A stretch of 64,000 bases of DNA from Lama guanicoe (Eukaryota): contig MU054049.1 in the NCBI GenBank assembly GCA_013239625.1, forward strand, positions 197,015 to 261,014. The letters are read 5' to 3'. Numbering within the stretch: the first letter of the stretch is position 1; each line of letters opens with the position of its first letter. The position numbers and the translations under genes are program-made. The notes beneath the pieces are model-generated. The model ran no database searches and was not told the DNA's origin. It worked only from the letters and a program-made list of their open reading frames with translations. Of this stretch, positions 49,330 through 61,679 are shown piece by piece.

Positions 49330-51029
49330 CTCCTGCCAGAGTCTTTTACATCCTTTAGAAGCTGATCCTCTGCTGTGGCCATAGAGTGTGAGCCTCTTCT
49401 CCTCAAAGGCCACCAGTGCTGGTGTTCTGAATATGCCACGTCCGTCCTCCTCACCTCCAGGCATTTACCTGCTCCCCCTCCCGAATGCCCACCTGGAACA
49501 TTCCCGGAGACTGTCTTTCCTGCTTTAAGGCAAAGCTCCAACCCTGCTTTTACTCGGAGCTGTCCCTGCTCTCCAGACAAAGCCAGTGGCGGTGACAATT
49601 GGGTGTCCTCCCCACTCTCTAGGCCAAAAGGAATCAAAGGCCCTGAAGCAGGGAGGAGACAAGGCGCAGCCCAGCAGTTGTATTTCACGCTGCCACAGGG
49701 ATGTGGACCCGATGCTCTGATGGGTGTGCGTGATGCCAGCCGCAGCTCAGGGGTGTGCTCTTGGGGCCCCAGACAGGGATGGCTTCGTTCAGCAACCTCC
49801 TGCTCCTGCTTCTCCTCTGACACAAAGCAGAGATCCTCATGTTTTCTCTGGACACACAAAGGTGCTTCCAGAACAGAGAAGCACCAACGGCCCGCATGCT
49901 CCATTTCACTGAAACATGACAGTTACGATGCATGACAGCCCCTCACCTAAGAAGACAGAAAACTCCAGAATCTGAGTGCTTAGGTGAGCCCCCACGGGCC
50001 CAGCGTTCCAGCCCTCAGCACCCACTCCTACATCCAGCATGAGGTCCTGGGTATCAGGGTTCCTGCCTTCATGAACATCACCCTCTAGTGGGAGGGGGAG
50101 GCAGATATTAAATCAAAAAGAATTCCCCACCTCTGAAAAAAAAAATTGAGCTGTGGCAAATGCCCTGGATGCATGTCCAGCAATACACTTTAGGGCTGTT
50201 TTCTAGTCACGGAGACCAAGTATCCAAAGGGAGGATGAGATAGAAAATCACAGGAAAGGAGAGGGAAGATGAACAGAGGGATGGCAATGGCATGTGTAAA
50301 GGCCCTGGGGCAGGTGGGAGTGTGGTAATGATTCAGGAGACAGAAGGCTTGGGTAGCTGAGGGGGGATGAGATGGGGAGGAGGCTAGAAAAGAAGGTAGG
50401 GCAGTCTGCAGATGGACTCTGGCAAGGGGAAGAGACTTGCCTTCCTCCCACAGTCAGTAATAAACCCGGAAGGGGTTGAGCAAGGAACAGCCCACTTATT
50501 TTTTTTTTAATTGAAGTATAGTCAGTTTACAATGTTGTGTTAATTTCTCGTGTACAGCATAGTGTTTCAGTTTATACACACACACACACACACACACGCG
50601 TGTGCGCAGGCACACACACATATACCTTTTCATATCCTTTTTCATTATAGGCCATTACCCAGAATTGAATACAGTGTCCTGTGCTATATAGTAGGACCTT
50701 GTTGTTCATCTATTTTATATATAGTACTTAGTATCTGCAAATCCTGAACTCCCAATTTATCCCTCCAACCCCATCCTTCTCCCACAATAACCATAGGTTT
50801 GTTTTCTATGCCTGTGAGTTTGTTTCTGTCTTGTAAGTTCATTTGTGTCATTTTTTTAGATTCCCCATATAAGTGATATCCTAGGGTATTTTTTCTTTCT
50901 CCTTCTGGCTTACTTCACTTAGTATGATGGTCTACAGGTCCATTCATGTTGCTGCAAATGGCATTATCTGATTCTTTTATATGGCTGAGTAGTATTCCAC
51001 TGTGTATGTATGTTTATGTATATGCATAT

Positions 51030-51067
<38 letters not shown>

Positions 51068-53555
51068 GAGAGCTTCTTTTTCCAGTCATAGGAACAGCCC
51101 ACTTAGAGTGAGGTATGGCTGCTGCATGGGAAGGCGGTGTGGGCCCCAAACTGGTGGGGGGCATGGAGGGTGGTGAGTAGGTTTGGAGGGTTTGGGCCCG
51201 AGTCGTGGGAGAGCAAGGTGCCAAGGAGCACCGGGTCTCTGACCCCGATGTTCATGGATGGTGGCTCTCTCTACTGGTCGTGGAGAAGCCGCTTTCCCAA
51301 CCAGCCGTTTCCTCTCAACAGCTGACTCCTTAACTCTGACAGAGGGTCTCCTCCCAGCAATTTGCTTCCCTCCTTTTCCTCTGCCTCCTTCCTCCCCAGG
51401 ACACCAACCACCTGGGTCCCCGCTTCCTGTTCCGCCCCCAGGGCAGCCTTTCAAGAATCCTCCAAGGAGGCATCGCTCTGCTTGCTTGGCCCCTGACATG
51501 ATCTGTCCTCAGTGAGGTGGGTTGAATGGGTTGGGTCCTGGGCCCAGAGGAACAGGTCAGCTTGGCATACTTTTTGGTTGAGAATTGAAAATGCAATTAT
51601 CATACGTTGGACATTGTTTAGAAAATACACTCTCTTTGACAGCTTTATCAGAGGTCTGTGGCATGCGGCTCTCTTGTTCTGTGAAGGGTCTGCACATCTC
51701 TGAACTGTGAGTGTGAAGTTGTCTGACCAGTGCATGTGGCCAGCAGCAACCTCAGAATGACCTCCCGGGATTTCTGGTGAAGAATGTCGCATGTACGGCG
51801 TGGCCTTCACACTGCAGGTAAACATCCCCCCTGGACCAGAGTAACCCCGCTTTCCCTTCTGTTTCAGTGTCAGATTATTCGCCTGGGATGGCTTGTGAAG
51901 AATGTGCACTTCAACCGCTTCCTGCATCTGGAGAGCGTCAGGGGAGGATTTTAAAAGTGAAATATGTCAGGTTTAAAACTCGCTACATCCTCTCACCTCC
52001 AGTCCCTCCCACAGTTCATGGCATTCTGCCCTGAAAGATCTTTCCTCGTGTCTGCCCAGCGGGGCCTCCCTCCCCTCTGCTTCCAGGCTCCAAGAGAGGA
52101 AGAGAAAGCCAGATGCAGGACCCACAAGTCAGAGCACAAACCCTGGGTTCAAGTACCAGCACCATGGAACTGTGGACCAGCCACTGCTCTAAGTCCCGGT
52201 TGGCTCATCTGTGAGATGGAGATGCCAATGGTGCCCACCGTGCAGAAATGTGGTGAGGATAAAAATTAGCATACAGAGCACCAAGAATAGAGCCCTGCAC
52301 GTGATCAAAGCAAACACGTGTGTTAGTTGCTACCTGATTTCTCAAGTGCCTTTTAGGGGTTGAATACTGTGTAATTCACACTCTGTACTTGTCACCTCTC
52401 TGCAGCTGGGTGAGGTGGGCGTGGCTACTGCGACCCTGCTGATTGGGGCCCCTTGGTTGCTCAGTGGCTGGATGAAGTCAGCATTGCCCTCTGGTAGGGC
52501 TGGGATGGCCCACCCGTCAGCTTTGCAGTGAAGTACAGTCAAGTGTTGGGTGAGCTTAAACTGTCATTGAATTTCTCTGGGGCTCAGTTTGCCCATCTGT
52601 GTAAGGGGTGAGTTTGAAACAAGGAGCCGGTGCCATGCCCGGTCCTTTGGAGATCTTCATGCAGATTCCTGCCCAAGGCCTAAAGAAGACAGGGCCCCAA
52701 TGACTGCAGAGCCCCAGACAACAGGCCCCTCAGGACTCCCCGGTACTTCTTCATAGCCTCTAACCCCAAGGAGGGTGAAAAAAAAGCAGAGCAGAGACAG
52801 AGCATCCAAGGTGTCTGCAGCAAGCACCATCCACTCCCTCTTTGAGGGGGCTGCTTTCTGCTGCCTCCCAGTAGGTGGCGCAGGAGGTGGTTAGGGCCCT
52901 CTGGGTCCCCTGGCTGGATGCCTGGGGCAAGTGACCAGACCTCTGTGGATCTTATTTTCCACGCTTGCCTGCAGGGCTGCCGTGAGGATGAAGTGTGTGC
53001 CTGGTATATGGCAGGGGCTTGGTAAACAGTGGTCCTTTGTACTACTCTTCTTGAGGGAGGCCTCTCTCTACTAGCTCGCTGCCCTCTGCAGATCCTGCAA
53101 GGTTTATGAGCTGACCCCCGCTGGTACTCTGCTCTTGTTGCCAAGGGGAGGGCTGGCAGGTCCCCAGGATACTCACAAAATGTGGGAGGCAGAAAAAAGA
53201 TTCCGAAGCAGGGACAGTGTCTGGTCCCCGACCTCCCCGGTGGGACAAAGGAGGGAGAGACCAGACACCTGCCTCTCAGATGCACTGGGATTGTAGAGAA
53301 ACCTTTCACAGCAGGGAAGACAGAGGGTCAGGGAGGGCCTATCATTTGCCCCAGGCCACACGGGTATCAGCTGCAGGGCTCAGCACATCCCCGGCCTCGC
53401 TTCCTGGTGTTGGGCGCTTCCAGCTGGAGACACTCCCAGCATCCTGTGTCTGCATTCATCCGTGCCTATTCTTGGTCCTCGCAGCACTGTTTCCACCAAA
53501 GTCAAGGGCACTGGAAAGTGCTCAGCCAGCCTGGCTCAGGCCCTGTCCTCCCTGA
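49330..53555 (+). pseudogene. decayed IGSF3-like copy from domain 1 to TM/tail
   Basis: ORF 49375-49935: IECEPLLLKGH..SEYA..SNPAF..SGGDNWV..RRQGAAQQLYFTLPQ..DA; HTFWLRIENA/SYVGH..RGLWHAA; YGVAFTLQVNI..FSV; FTLCTCHLSAAG*GGRGYCDPADW; LLEGG..PLQI/SCKV..PGHTGISCRA; QLETLP..CIHPCLFLVLAALFPPKSR..PAWLR (IGSF3 tail KSR..PLLWIK). Confidence 0.6.
50499..51089 (-). mobile_element. L1 3' end with CA tracts and 16-bp TSD
   Basis: poly-T, 'aattgaagtatagtcagtttacaatgttgtg'; TSD aggaacagcccactta at 50483-50498 and 51090-51105. Confidence 0.92.
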
Positions 53556-54669
53556 GACCAAAGCATCATGACCCACAAGTCCTACTCGGGGGAGAAACAC
53601 AGTTGTAGGCTTTCTCCTGAGCTCGGGTGAAAAATTGCATTTGTATTTTCTCTCCTTTCCATTTTTGGCCAGGAAGAGAAATATGTCAACACAATTTAAA
53701 AAAAAAAATCACTGAGTTACTATCATAAGCTACAGCAGCATGGGGTAGGAGAGGCTGTCGTGTTATTTACAGTTTGATTACAGAAGAAACTTTTCTGTGA
53801 AATGTGGTTAAGTTGTTTCTGGAACTACAGCACCTCATGGGAGAGCTGCTTTAGGAGTGATGCGCTCTGTTTCGATGGCCTCCTGGGGAGGGAGCTTCAG
53901 TTGGGCCAGGAGTTCTAGGCACACTCAGGGATCCACGGGCAAGCCGCATGAGGTCACTGACCCGCAGGCCACCTGCTGGCCTGGAAGACAGCAGTGTCCT
54001 TGGTCAGGGACATGAGGGGGAATTATGGAGTGACTGCGGTTGAACTAGCAGGGCAAGATGCCTATGGGATGCTAGCCTCTTTTGGGTACCTTCACAAATC
54101 ATCCTCCCTGCTAGGATTCTCTCCATTTAATTGAGACACAAAGGCGTCATTCACTTGCCAAAGGCACCCAGTTAGCAGATGAGGCAACTTGGATTCAAAC
54201 CCAGATTTGCCTCCAAAGCTGTGCCCTCATGAAGAAAAGTCCACTGTTTGGTGTGGGGGAAAAAGAAAAGTCAATTGAGAAAATGATCTTTTTCATGACC
54301 TATGAAGCAGTGTATTGATTGTGGTGGGGGGCGGGGGGGAGGTTTCTGAAAGCTGGGGACAAACTTCTCTTGCCTTCCAGAAGAGTCCGTGGGGTAGGCT
54401 ATCGGGAAGGGAAGGTCACATGTAGGCTGGGACCTACAAATGGGAGGCTGAGTTGAAACCATGTCCTCTCTTGTTGCCTCTGACCTGGTGACAAGGGCCT
54501 GCAGAAGCTGGGCCCTCCGTCATGCGGCTAAACACTTGTGCTTGACCCCAGAGTCAGAGGAGCAGATCAGGCCTGTAGCTTTGTGCCATCCTGATGAACA
54601 AGTGTCTATTGCTGCTTCCCCCTCAACTCTCTTAGTCTCCCAAGAATCTTCCTGTGACCCAGCCTAACC

Positions 54670-55200
54670 AGAAAAGCAGCTGAAAGTAAATTCCGGGAAA
54701 GGTAGTTTGACACCTTCCAAAGTCGTCACAGTGGGGAAGATTTTTCATACTGTCAGAGCTATCCTGAGATGGAGTGAACTGACTGTGGAATAGGGGCCTC
54801 CCTTCCCAGTTCCATCCAATCAGAGCCTGAACATCTGCTCGACGGGGACCACAGAGTTTGCTTATAGGGTCATGAGGGTCCTTTACAGCCTGTGAGTGTG
54901 TGAGCAGGAGGCAGAGAGAATGAGAGACCAGGTACATAACACAGGCTCAGCCGGTGGAGACCCCATCCCCTGCCCTCCACACCCATCCTGGAGCAAACTC
55001 CTGGTCTACAAGTAAGACAATCAGATGCCAGGGGTCATGGTGGGAAGAGAACTTTCCTTTCGTTTACCTACTCATCGTAAATTTCACTTCTTGGGTTTGG
55101 CCCACGTGGCATGGAACTGCTCTCACAAACAACCCTGCAGTGGTCTCTGATGGTGGAATTGGGAGGGGGCTCCCAAAGAGAGCATCAAGTAGAGACTGAA
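54670..55200 (+). pseudogene. decayed EWI-like domain 1 (last copy seen)
   Basis: one frame: KQLKVNSGKGSL..WSELTVE*..SLNICSTGTTEFAY..LYSL*V..ERM (IGSF8 ALGIVSTKDTQFSY; CD101 QREVTVQKGPL..SEQ.F.W). Confidence 0.6.
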
Positions 55201-55756
55201 GGTCCCCACCAGCCCTCACCACCAGCATCAGCCTGGCGGTATGAACGATACAGCCCTACGTCCTAGCCTCGAGATGGGGTGACAGCAGCTCTAGGGGCCC
55301 AGAATGCCTGGATGGGGCGCCCTATAATCCAGACTTTCCCACCTTGAATTTTGAGGCTGTGACACCAGTCAGCACATAATCTGGCTCTGCCCCCTCCCCT
55401 CTGTAGTACCAGCTGACTCTGAGCTCAGCAGGCTGGGCCCTGGCCAGTCTCAAGATGGGAGGTAGCAAGAAGTCTGCTGCTGCTGGAAAAGGGCCCACAG
55501 CAGGAACCCCAGGAAGGGACTCTTCTGGTGTGGGGAACATTTGTTTATTGGTTCAAGGAAAACTGTTGAAATTAATGATGTCTCTCCCCCAAATTCAAAT
55601 ACAGCACTTGGCTAACTCCATGCACATAAAAAGGCACCAGCCAGACTGGCCCCATTCATCTTCCACTTCCCAGTTGTAGGTGGTGGCCACCTCTCTCAAC
55701 CTCAGTTTTCATAACTGCCGATCAAGAAAATAGACTAATAGACCGTGCTCCATCCA

Positions 55757-55935
55757 CAGGACTGGCTACATAATGTGCAAGACCCAGCATGAAAGGAGAA
55801 GGTGGGGCCTCTTGTAAAAATAGTTGTTAAGAATCTCAAGACAGCAGCAGCAGAGGGTTAAACCAAACATGGGGCCCTTCTGAACATGGGGCACAGTGGG
55901 GCTACACGGATTCTAAGCCCGTAAAGCTGGTGCTG
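55757..55935 (+). mobile_element. hAT-Tip100 MITE (MER45A-like)
   Basis: 'caggactggctacataatgtgcaagacccag','ttaagaatctcaagacagc..ttaaaccaaacatggggcccttctg'. Confidence 0.75.
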
Positions 55936-56544
55936 CCAACAGTCTCATTGCTCACAACAGTGTTTGTAAAGCCTGTAAAAATGTGATGTCTGCTGAGAAA
56001 ATAGAAAAAATGTGTATACCATTTATATATATGCATATGTGTGTGTATATATATTATATTTTTGTGCATATATATACATACATACAGAAATATATATATA
56101 TTATATATATACACACATCATGAGCCTGGGGTATAGATAATCCAGCCCCATGTCTTAACCTAAACGTATGAGTGTGGGTGAAGAAAGAGAGAGATGCTAT
56201 AGAGTTTGGATTCAGGGTTCCTGGGTGACCAAGGATCCCAGTTTGAGGCTCCCTAGTCAGGACCCTGATTTATGAAATCAAAATCTTATTTCAGTTAAAA
56301 TGTCTTTCAAATGCAAACTATCGTTCTAAAAGATCCTTTTCAAAATGTTGAACATAAAGCCACAAATTGGCTCACCCTGAGAAGACTTCCGTGAACATAA
56401 TGGGGGTCTGCAGATTTTGACCTGCAGGACCGAGTCCATACCCCTCACCCATCTCCATTCGTGGCCCCCCGAGATCTAGCTGCCCCATAGCGCCTGGCCT
56501 TTTTTCCCGCCATGCCTGCTCCACTTGTACCAAAATACTTCTGG

Positions 56545-59060
56545 TTTATTGAGATATAATTGGCAGACAGCACTGTGTTAAGTAAAATGACTTGGCTTAC
56601 ATACATCATGAAACGGTTAGTAAATAATTCAATAGGTTTAGTGAACATCCATCATCTCATATCGATACAACACTGAACAAATACAAAGAAGAGATTTTTC
56701 CTTGTGATGAGAATTCTTAGGCTATCCTCTCTTAATGACTTTCATTTACAAAGTCCAGCAGTGTTATATATCTTTATCATGGATCTGAAGTACGTTACCT
56801 GTAGGCAGTAAATACAAAGGTCCTGTTTTTGTATGCATTTGGCTACTCAGTGTCTTTGATTGGAATATTTAGTCCATTTACATTTAAAGCAATTATTGAT
56901 ACGTATGTACGCATTGCCATTTTGTCCATTGTTTTGAGGTCGTTTTGTGGTTCTTTTTCATTCCTTTCTCCTTGTTTGCTCACTTCCCTTGTGATTTGAT
57001 GACTATCTTTAGTGTTATGTTTGTATTTCTTTTGTGTGTGTGTAGTTTTTGGTTTGTGGTTACCATGTGTTTTACATATAACTATATATATACACATACG
57101 ACTATTTTGGTGCACCTCTTTTGGTAATGTGTTTCTCAATGGCTACTTTCAAGATTTTTTTCATTTCTTTATTTTCAAAAATTTGACTATGATGTGTCTT
57201 GGCATGCATTTCTTTGAATTTATCTTATTTTGAGATTGTGCAGATATTTTGAATCTGCTAAATTTGGAAAGTTTTCAGCCATTATTTCTTCAACTATCCT
57301 TTCAGTCCCTTGCTCTTTATTCTAGGACTTCTATGATATGAATACTGGATCTTTCATTATTGTCCCAGGTCTCTGAGACTCTTGTTTATTCATTTCTTAG
57401 TCTATTTTACCCCTTTGTTCAGATTGAGTGAATTTTTTTGAGCTGTAGTCAAGTTCATTGATTCTGTCCTCTGTAATTTCCACTCTACCTTGACACTACC
57501 CTGTTAGTGAGTCCATCTAACAAGTTTTTTTTTAAAGTTTTTATTTCTGTTATTGTATTTTTCAGTTCTATAATTTTTATTTGCTTCTTTTAAATAAGTT
57601 CAATTACTTTGTTGCGTTGCTCTATTATTCCATCTGTTTCAAGACAATTACTAATTGATTATGGGAGCATTTTTATTTTTATTTATTTTGTTTGTTTGTC
57701 TTTTTTTAAAAAATAGACTTTATTCTTTTAGAGCAGTTTCAGGTTCACAGCAGAATTGAGCAGAAAATACAGAGTTCGCACTTAGCCCTCCCCACCTACA
57801 CATACATACTCCCCTCCCCTCAACATCCCTCATCAGTGTGGCGTATTTGGTACCATTGATGAACCAACATGGGCACATTATTATTAACCAGATACCATAG
57901 TTTACATTAGGGTTCACTCTTGATGTTGTACATTCTATGGGTTTTGACAAATACATAATGACATGTAGCCACCATTATAGAATATACAGAACATACAGAA
58001 TACTTTCATTGCCCTGAAATTCCCTTGTGTATGGGAGTATTTTTATGACAGTTACTTTAAAACCCTAGTCAGATAATTCCAACAACTGATTCAGCTCAGT
58101 GTTAAAATCAATTGATCATCTTTCTCATTCAAGTTGTGACCAGGTTCTGGTGTGATGGATGATTTAGATTACATTCTGAGAAGTTGCCACTCTAAAATTC
58201 TAGATTTTATTGAAATATTTTATTTTAGCTAAGGAGTGACCCTGTTTAGGTTTAGTCTAAGGATCTGGCCTTACTTTGTCATCATTAATTCCAATGATGA
58301 TACAATTTTCAAAGCCTTTGTGGGGTTATTTTGGTTTGCTTGGTTTATCTCATTTTTCCGAGGCTCCACTGCTTCCTGCTGGTGCTGCCTGAAGGGGCAG
58401 AAGGAATTTCCCCAGGCTTGGCCCCTTAGTACAACTATGTAGGTGAGTGAAATCTCTGAACTGCATTTGGTTGAAATCCCCATTGCCTGTGGTGGATGGA
58501 GGGTGTGTCTTAATTGGGACCTTGTTGTGACAAGTCTCCCTTGCTGGAGCCTCCCTGCCACTCCAGTGACAAAGAAGACAAAGGGGTTTCCCAAGCTGGT
58601 GGTACATTGTAGTGAGGTCTCTTTGCCTATGTTGCCTGGCCTTTTGGGATCTCCTGGAGGAGGAGAATCTTGGGCTCAGCAGGCAAGAAGAATGCTTCCC
58701 CTGAGCACTTGTCAGCAGGACTTGTCTGGTGTAGTCCCTGGAGGGACCGCCATTCTATCTGGAGATAAGCCTACCTGGGCTGCCTTCTGCTGTTGGGCTG
58801 AGGGCTGGGAATAGGAGGCCTGGGTCTCCTTCTTTTGGTGATGGAGTTTGCAAGACACCCTGCCTCTACGTCATTCATCCTACCCCGGGGCCCCTAAACA
58901 GTTTTCCTTCCTCTTTCCACTGTTCAGCGTTCTCCTTTGGGTGCCTCTTCATTATTTTCAGGACTTATTGTTGTCCTCAGTAAGAAGGAGAAATAGGTCT
59001 ATTTCATCTTAACCAGGACAGAAGTCTCCAGTTTTCTTTTTGTTATTGATTTCTAGCTTA
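56545..59060 (-). mobile_element. composite L1 block (3' end, ORF2 start, ORF1, 5' region; nested L1MA-type tail at 57670-58030)
   Basis: minus ORFs give IIALNVNGLNIP (endonuclease start) and 'KPIECTT.RVNPNVNYG' L1M 3'UTR signature. Confidence 0.8.
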
Positions 59061-59400
59061 AATTTCTTATCATAGGAAAACATGCATGAAGTGACGATTT
59101 TTGGAGGGTCAATAAAAGGATGTCAAGTCCAGAAGTAGCCTCCCTTAGCAACAGCATCAATGACAAGCCAGCAACAACGTAGAGCTTTATGACATCCTGA
59201 CAGTTGCAGTAATGCCAGAGATGGTTATCACGGGGATATGAGAGATGGGAGCACTTATGGGAATGAAGAGTCTTTTTGCTGATGAAATCACTATAATGAA
59301 GGAGAAGCATAGCAGTATTTGTGGTGTTTGAAATGCTACTACCTAACAGATACGAACATCCCAGAGGCATGGAAGCACTGGCTTTGGGATCCTAAAAATA

Positions 59401-59515
59401 ACCCTCATATGCAAACGAATATATGTATGTATATGCATGACTGGGACATTGTGCTGTACACCAGAAATTGACACATTATAACTGACTGTATTTCAATTAA
59501 AAAATAAAATAAAAT
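59401..59515 (+). mobile_element. short L1 3' tail
   Basis: 'gactgggacattgtgctgtacaccagaaattgacacatt..ttcaattaaaaaa'; imperfect TSD gatcctaaaaata / gatcctcaaata. Confidence 0.85.
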
Positions 59516-60469
59516 GATCCTCAAATATTGCTCCCCATTATGCTATTTGAGAGCTTATAAAATATCTATAAGTCTACTGTGAATGGGAACTCAAGTAGAC
59601 TTTTGGCCTCGATATATAATCTACAGATACCGTGGCTGTTGAATACTTCTCTCTATAAATGAGCTTCTTTCTATAACCTGGTATTAATAGTGTTTACAAC
59701 CAGTGAGACTTGCAAAGTAAGATTTATCTCAATTAACAGGTCTTCACAGGAGGGCTAGGCGGGGACATGTCTATGAAATTTGTGTCCTTAAATCCAGGAC
59801 CTGGGATCTTTGAAGACAGGTACTGTTAAATTATTTAAGTTGAAGCAAGCATCAGAGATTTATTTTCTCTAATGAAACCCACAAATCAGTCAATTTCTCA
59901 CTGTGTGGTTTGCAGTTTACTCTGGCTCTTTTTGATGGAAAAACTTACTCCCAGAAGTATGATCCCGACATCTCATGCACCAATAGTCTTGATCTTTCTG
60001 TGATCCTTCTGCCACATATGCAGTGGAAGAAAATTTGATGACAATTGCTGGTGGCGGCAAAATATGTTGATCCAATACACAAATGAACTAAGCTTTATAC
60101 AGAATTATAATCATTAGTTAATTTAAGAAAATTTCAAAAGAAATTAGAAACCAAAGAAGGCAAACAGTCTTGATTTTGTGACAAAAGTTTAAGGTTTTAT
60201 GCTTGATATATCTTTTTCATTGGCTAAAGTGCAACTTCATGGTTTTGAAAATCTTTATTAGAAAAGATAGAGTTGCACATTAGCTCTGGCTGAAATGACA
60301 TTCTTTTTAGTCTTAAGGAGAAAACATGGACCATATGCCCAAGAGACCAATACTCATTTTAAAGGCATGATGGTTCTTTGGCAAAAACACTTGTGAGTAT
60401 CAGGTGTTGCCAAATGAATGTATTTCTGAAATGGCTCAAGCTGGTTTGCTGAGACTCATAAAGATGCAG

Positions 60470-60809
60470 TATAGTCAGTAAGGCCCACCTTCCTGACTAT
60501 GTGCTAAAATTCCCCTACCCCTGTAAAGTTATGTGTGGATAAATGACTTACTCGACCAATGAAATGTGCAGAAGTCCTTAAGATACAGTCAGGTAAACTC
60601 TGTCCCTTTTCCCCTGTCTCAATGTTTAAGAAAGCACATATAGAAAAGTAGTCTTGGTAAACTTAGAAACTATAACGAGCAGAATTCTCTGCCCTGAACT
60701 TGACATGTAAGATGAGGGAGAAACAAACTTGTGTTGTGTTGTGTTGAATCCCTGAGCCTTAGAAATCGTTTGTTACTGAAACATAGCCTAGACTATACTG
60801 ACTGATACA
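60470..60809 (+). mobile_element. MaLR LTR (MLT1J/K-like)
   Basis: 'gaccaatgaaatgtgcagaagt'; end 'tttgttactgaaacatagcctagactatactgactgataca'. Confidence 0.75.
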
Positions 60810-61389
60810 TCGTTTGAGTTTCAGTCAATACTCTTGATCAAGAAAGCTTGGTCTACTTTGCTGAGTAATAAGAAAATAAAACTCAAGGACCCAGGAAATT
60901 ATTAAGTCCTGCCTTCCATAATTTATGTATTGCCTCAAAGTTTTAATCATTCAAACATTTAATTGCTCTACAAATCTTACTGGGAAGTTGTAATGGGTCT
61001 AATATCACGACCAATATATTCATGTAGGCAACTAGCAAATAATGCCCATTGCCCATTAGTGTGTCCACATCTAGGAGTCAGTTGGTCACTCATGCTTCAA
61101 CAAGGTGTATAATCTCCCTGGTTGATGGTGGGGACAAAATGGGACCACCATTGGTGAAGACTGAGCATCAAGTGATAATACTCAGGCAAAGATTGATCAT
61201 TAGGGACGCCAGGCCCCACTTGAGTCCCAGAATCTTTCATTTTTCTCTTCCCAATACCCAGGGACCACCTGAACATTGCACATATCATTATGTCTATCCT
61301 CACAAAAAATCTACAAGCTTAAAAGACTTAGAAAAATTTCTGGCCCAGAGGGATATTCTATAAATGTTAACTTTTGACATCAGTGTTAA

Positions 61390-61540
61390 TATTATTATTA
61401 CTGCCTCCATTTTTAGATGAGAAAACTGAAACTCACAGTGATTTGTTAATTGGCCTAAAGTCATGAGCTTGTAAGTTACTAAACTAGGATTTGAAGTCAG
61501 GTTTTCCCAAAGCTCATGTTCTTTCCACTGCACCAACTAC
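61390..61540 (-). mobile_element. MIR SINE
   Basis: 'attattactgcctccatttttagatgagaaaactgaaactcacag..ggatttgaagtcagg'. Confidence 0.85.
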
Positions 61541-61679
61541 CTTTCCAGTAGCTCATGTCTGAGCTAGAGAGTGACTGCTCTCTAAAAACAAATGTCAAGG
61601 AGCCAAAACTGTAACACAAGTGGAAATGGCTAGAAAAACACGATTGGGCCCTTGAACCAAAATGTAAAAATAATCAGTC

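Larger units (their letters stand above)
59085..61330 (+). mobile_element. fossil Gypsy/Metaviridae pol (RNase H, integrase, GPY/F), interrupted by an L1 tail and an MLT1 LTR
   Basis: ordered motifs across frameshifts: DKP..VELYD..VAV..LSR; EKHSSIC/EMLLP/IRT/EAWKHWL; QIPW..YFS..PG; GSF*WKNLLPE; NCWW; SLDFVTK; LAEM.FF..RKHGP; WQK..CE.SGV; VNTLDQ; VGDK; PGP; LNIAHI..SIL. Confidence 0.75.

Noticed and set aside
49137..49904. 255-aa minus-strand ORF and other long track ORFs (13630-14205, 27425-28006, 52680-53309)
   Set aside because: No recognisable protein; GC-rich chance or antisense frames, some crossing TEs
60300..61280. Endogenous mononegavirus: FSLKEK, CRQL and LRQRL (L-like); KHGPYA (filovirus NP-like)
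   Set aside because: Motif spacing is wrong, and a Gypsy integrase reading explains many more motifs in the correct order
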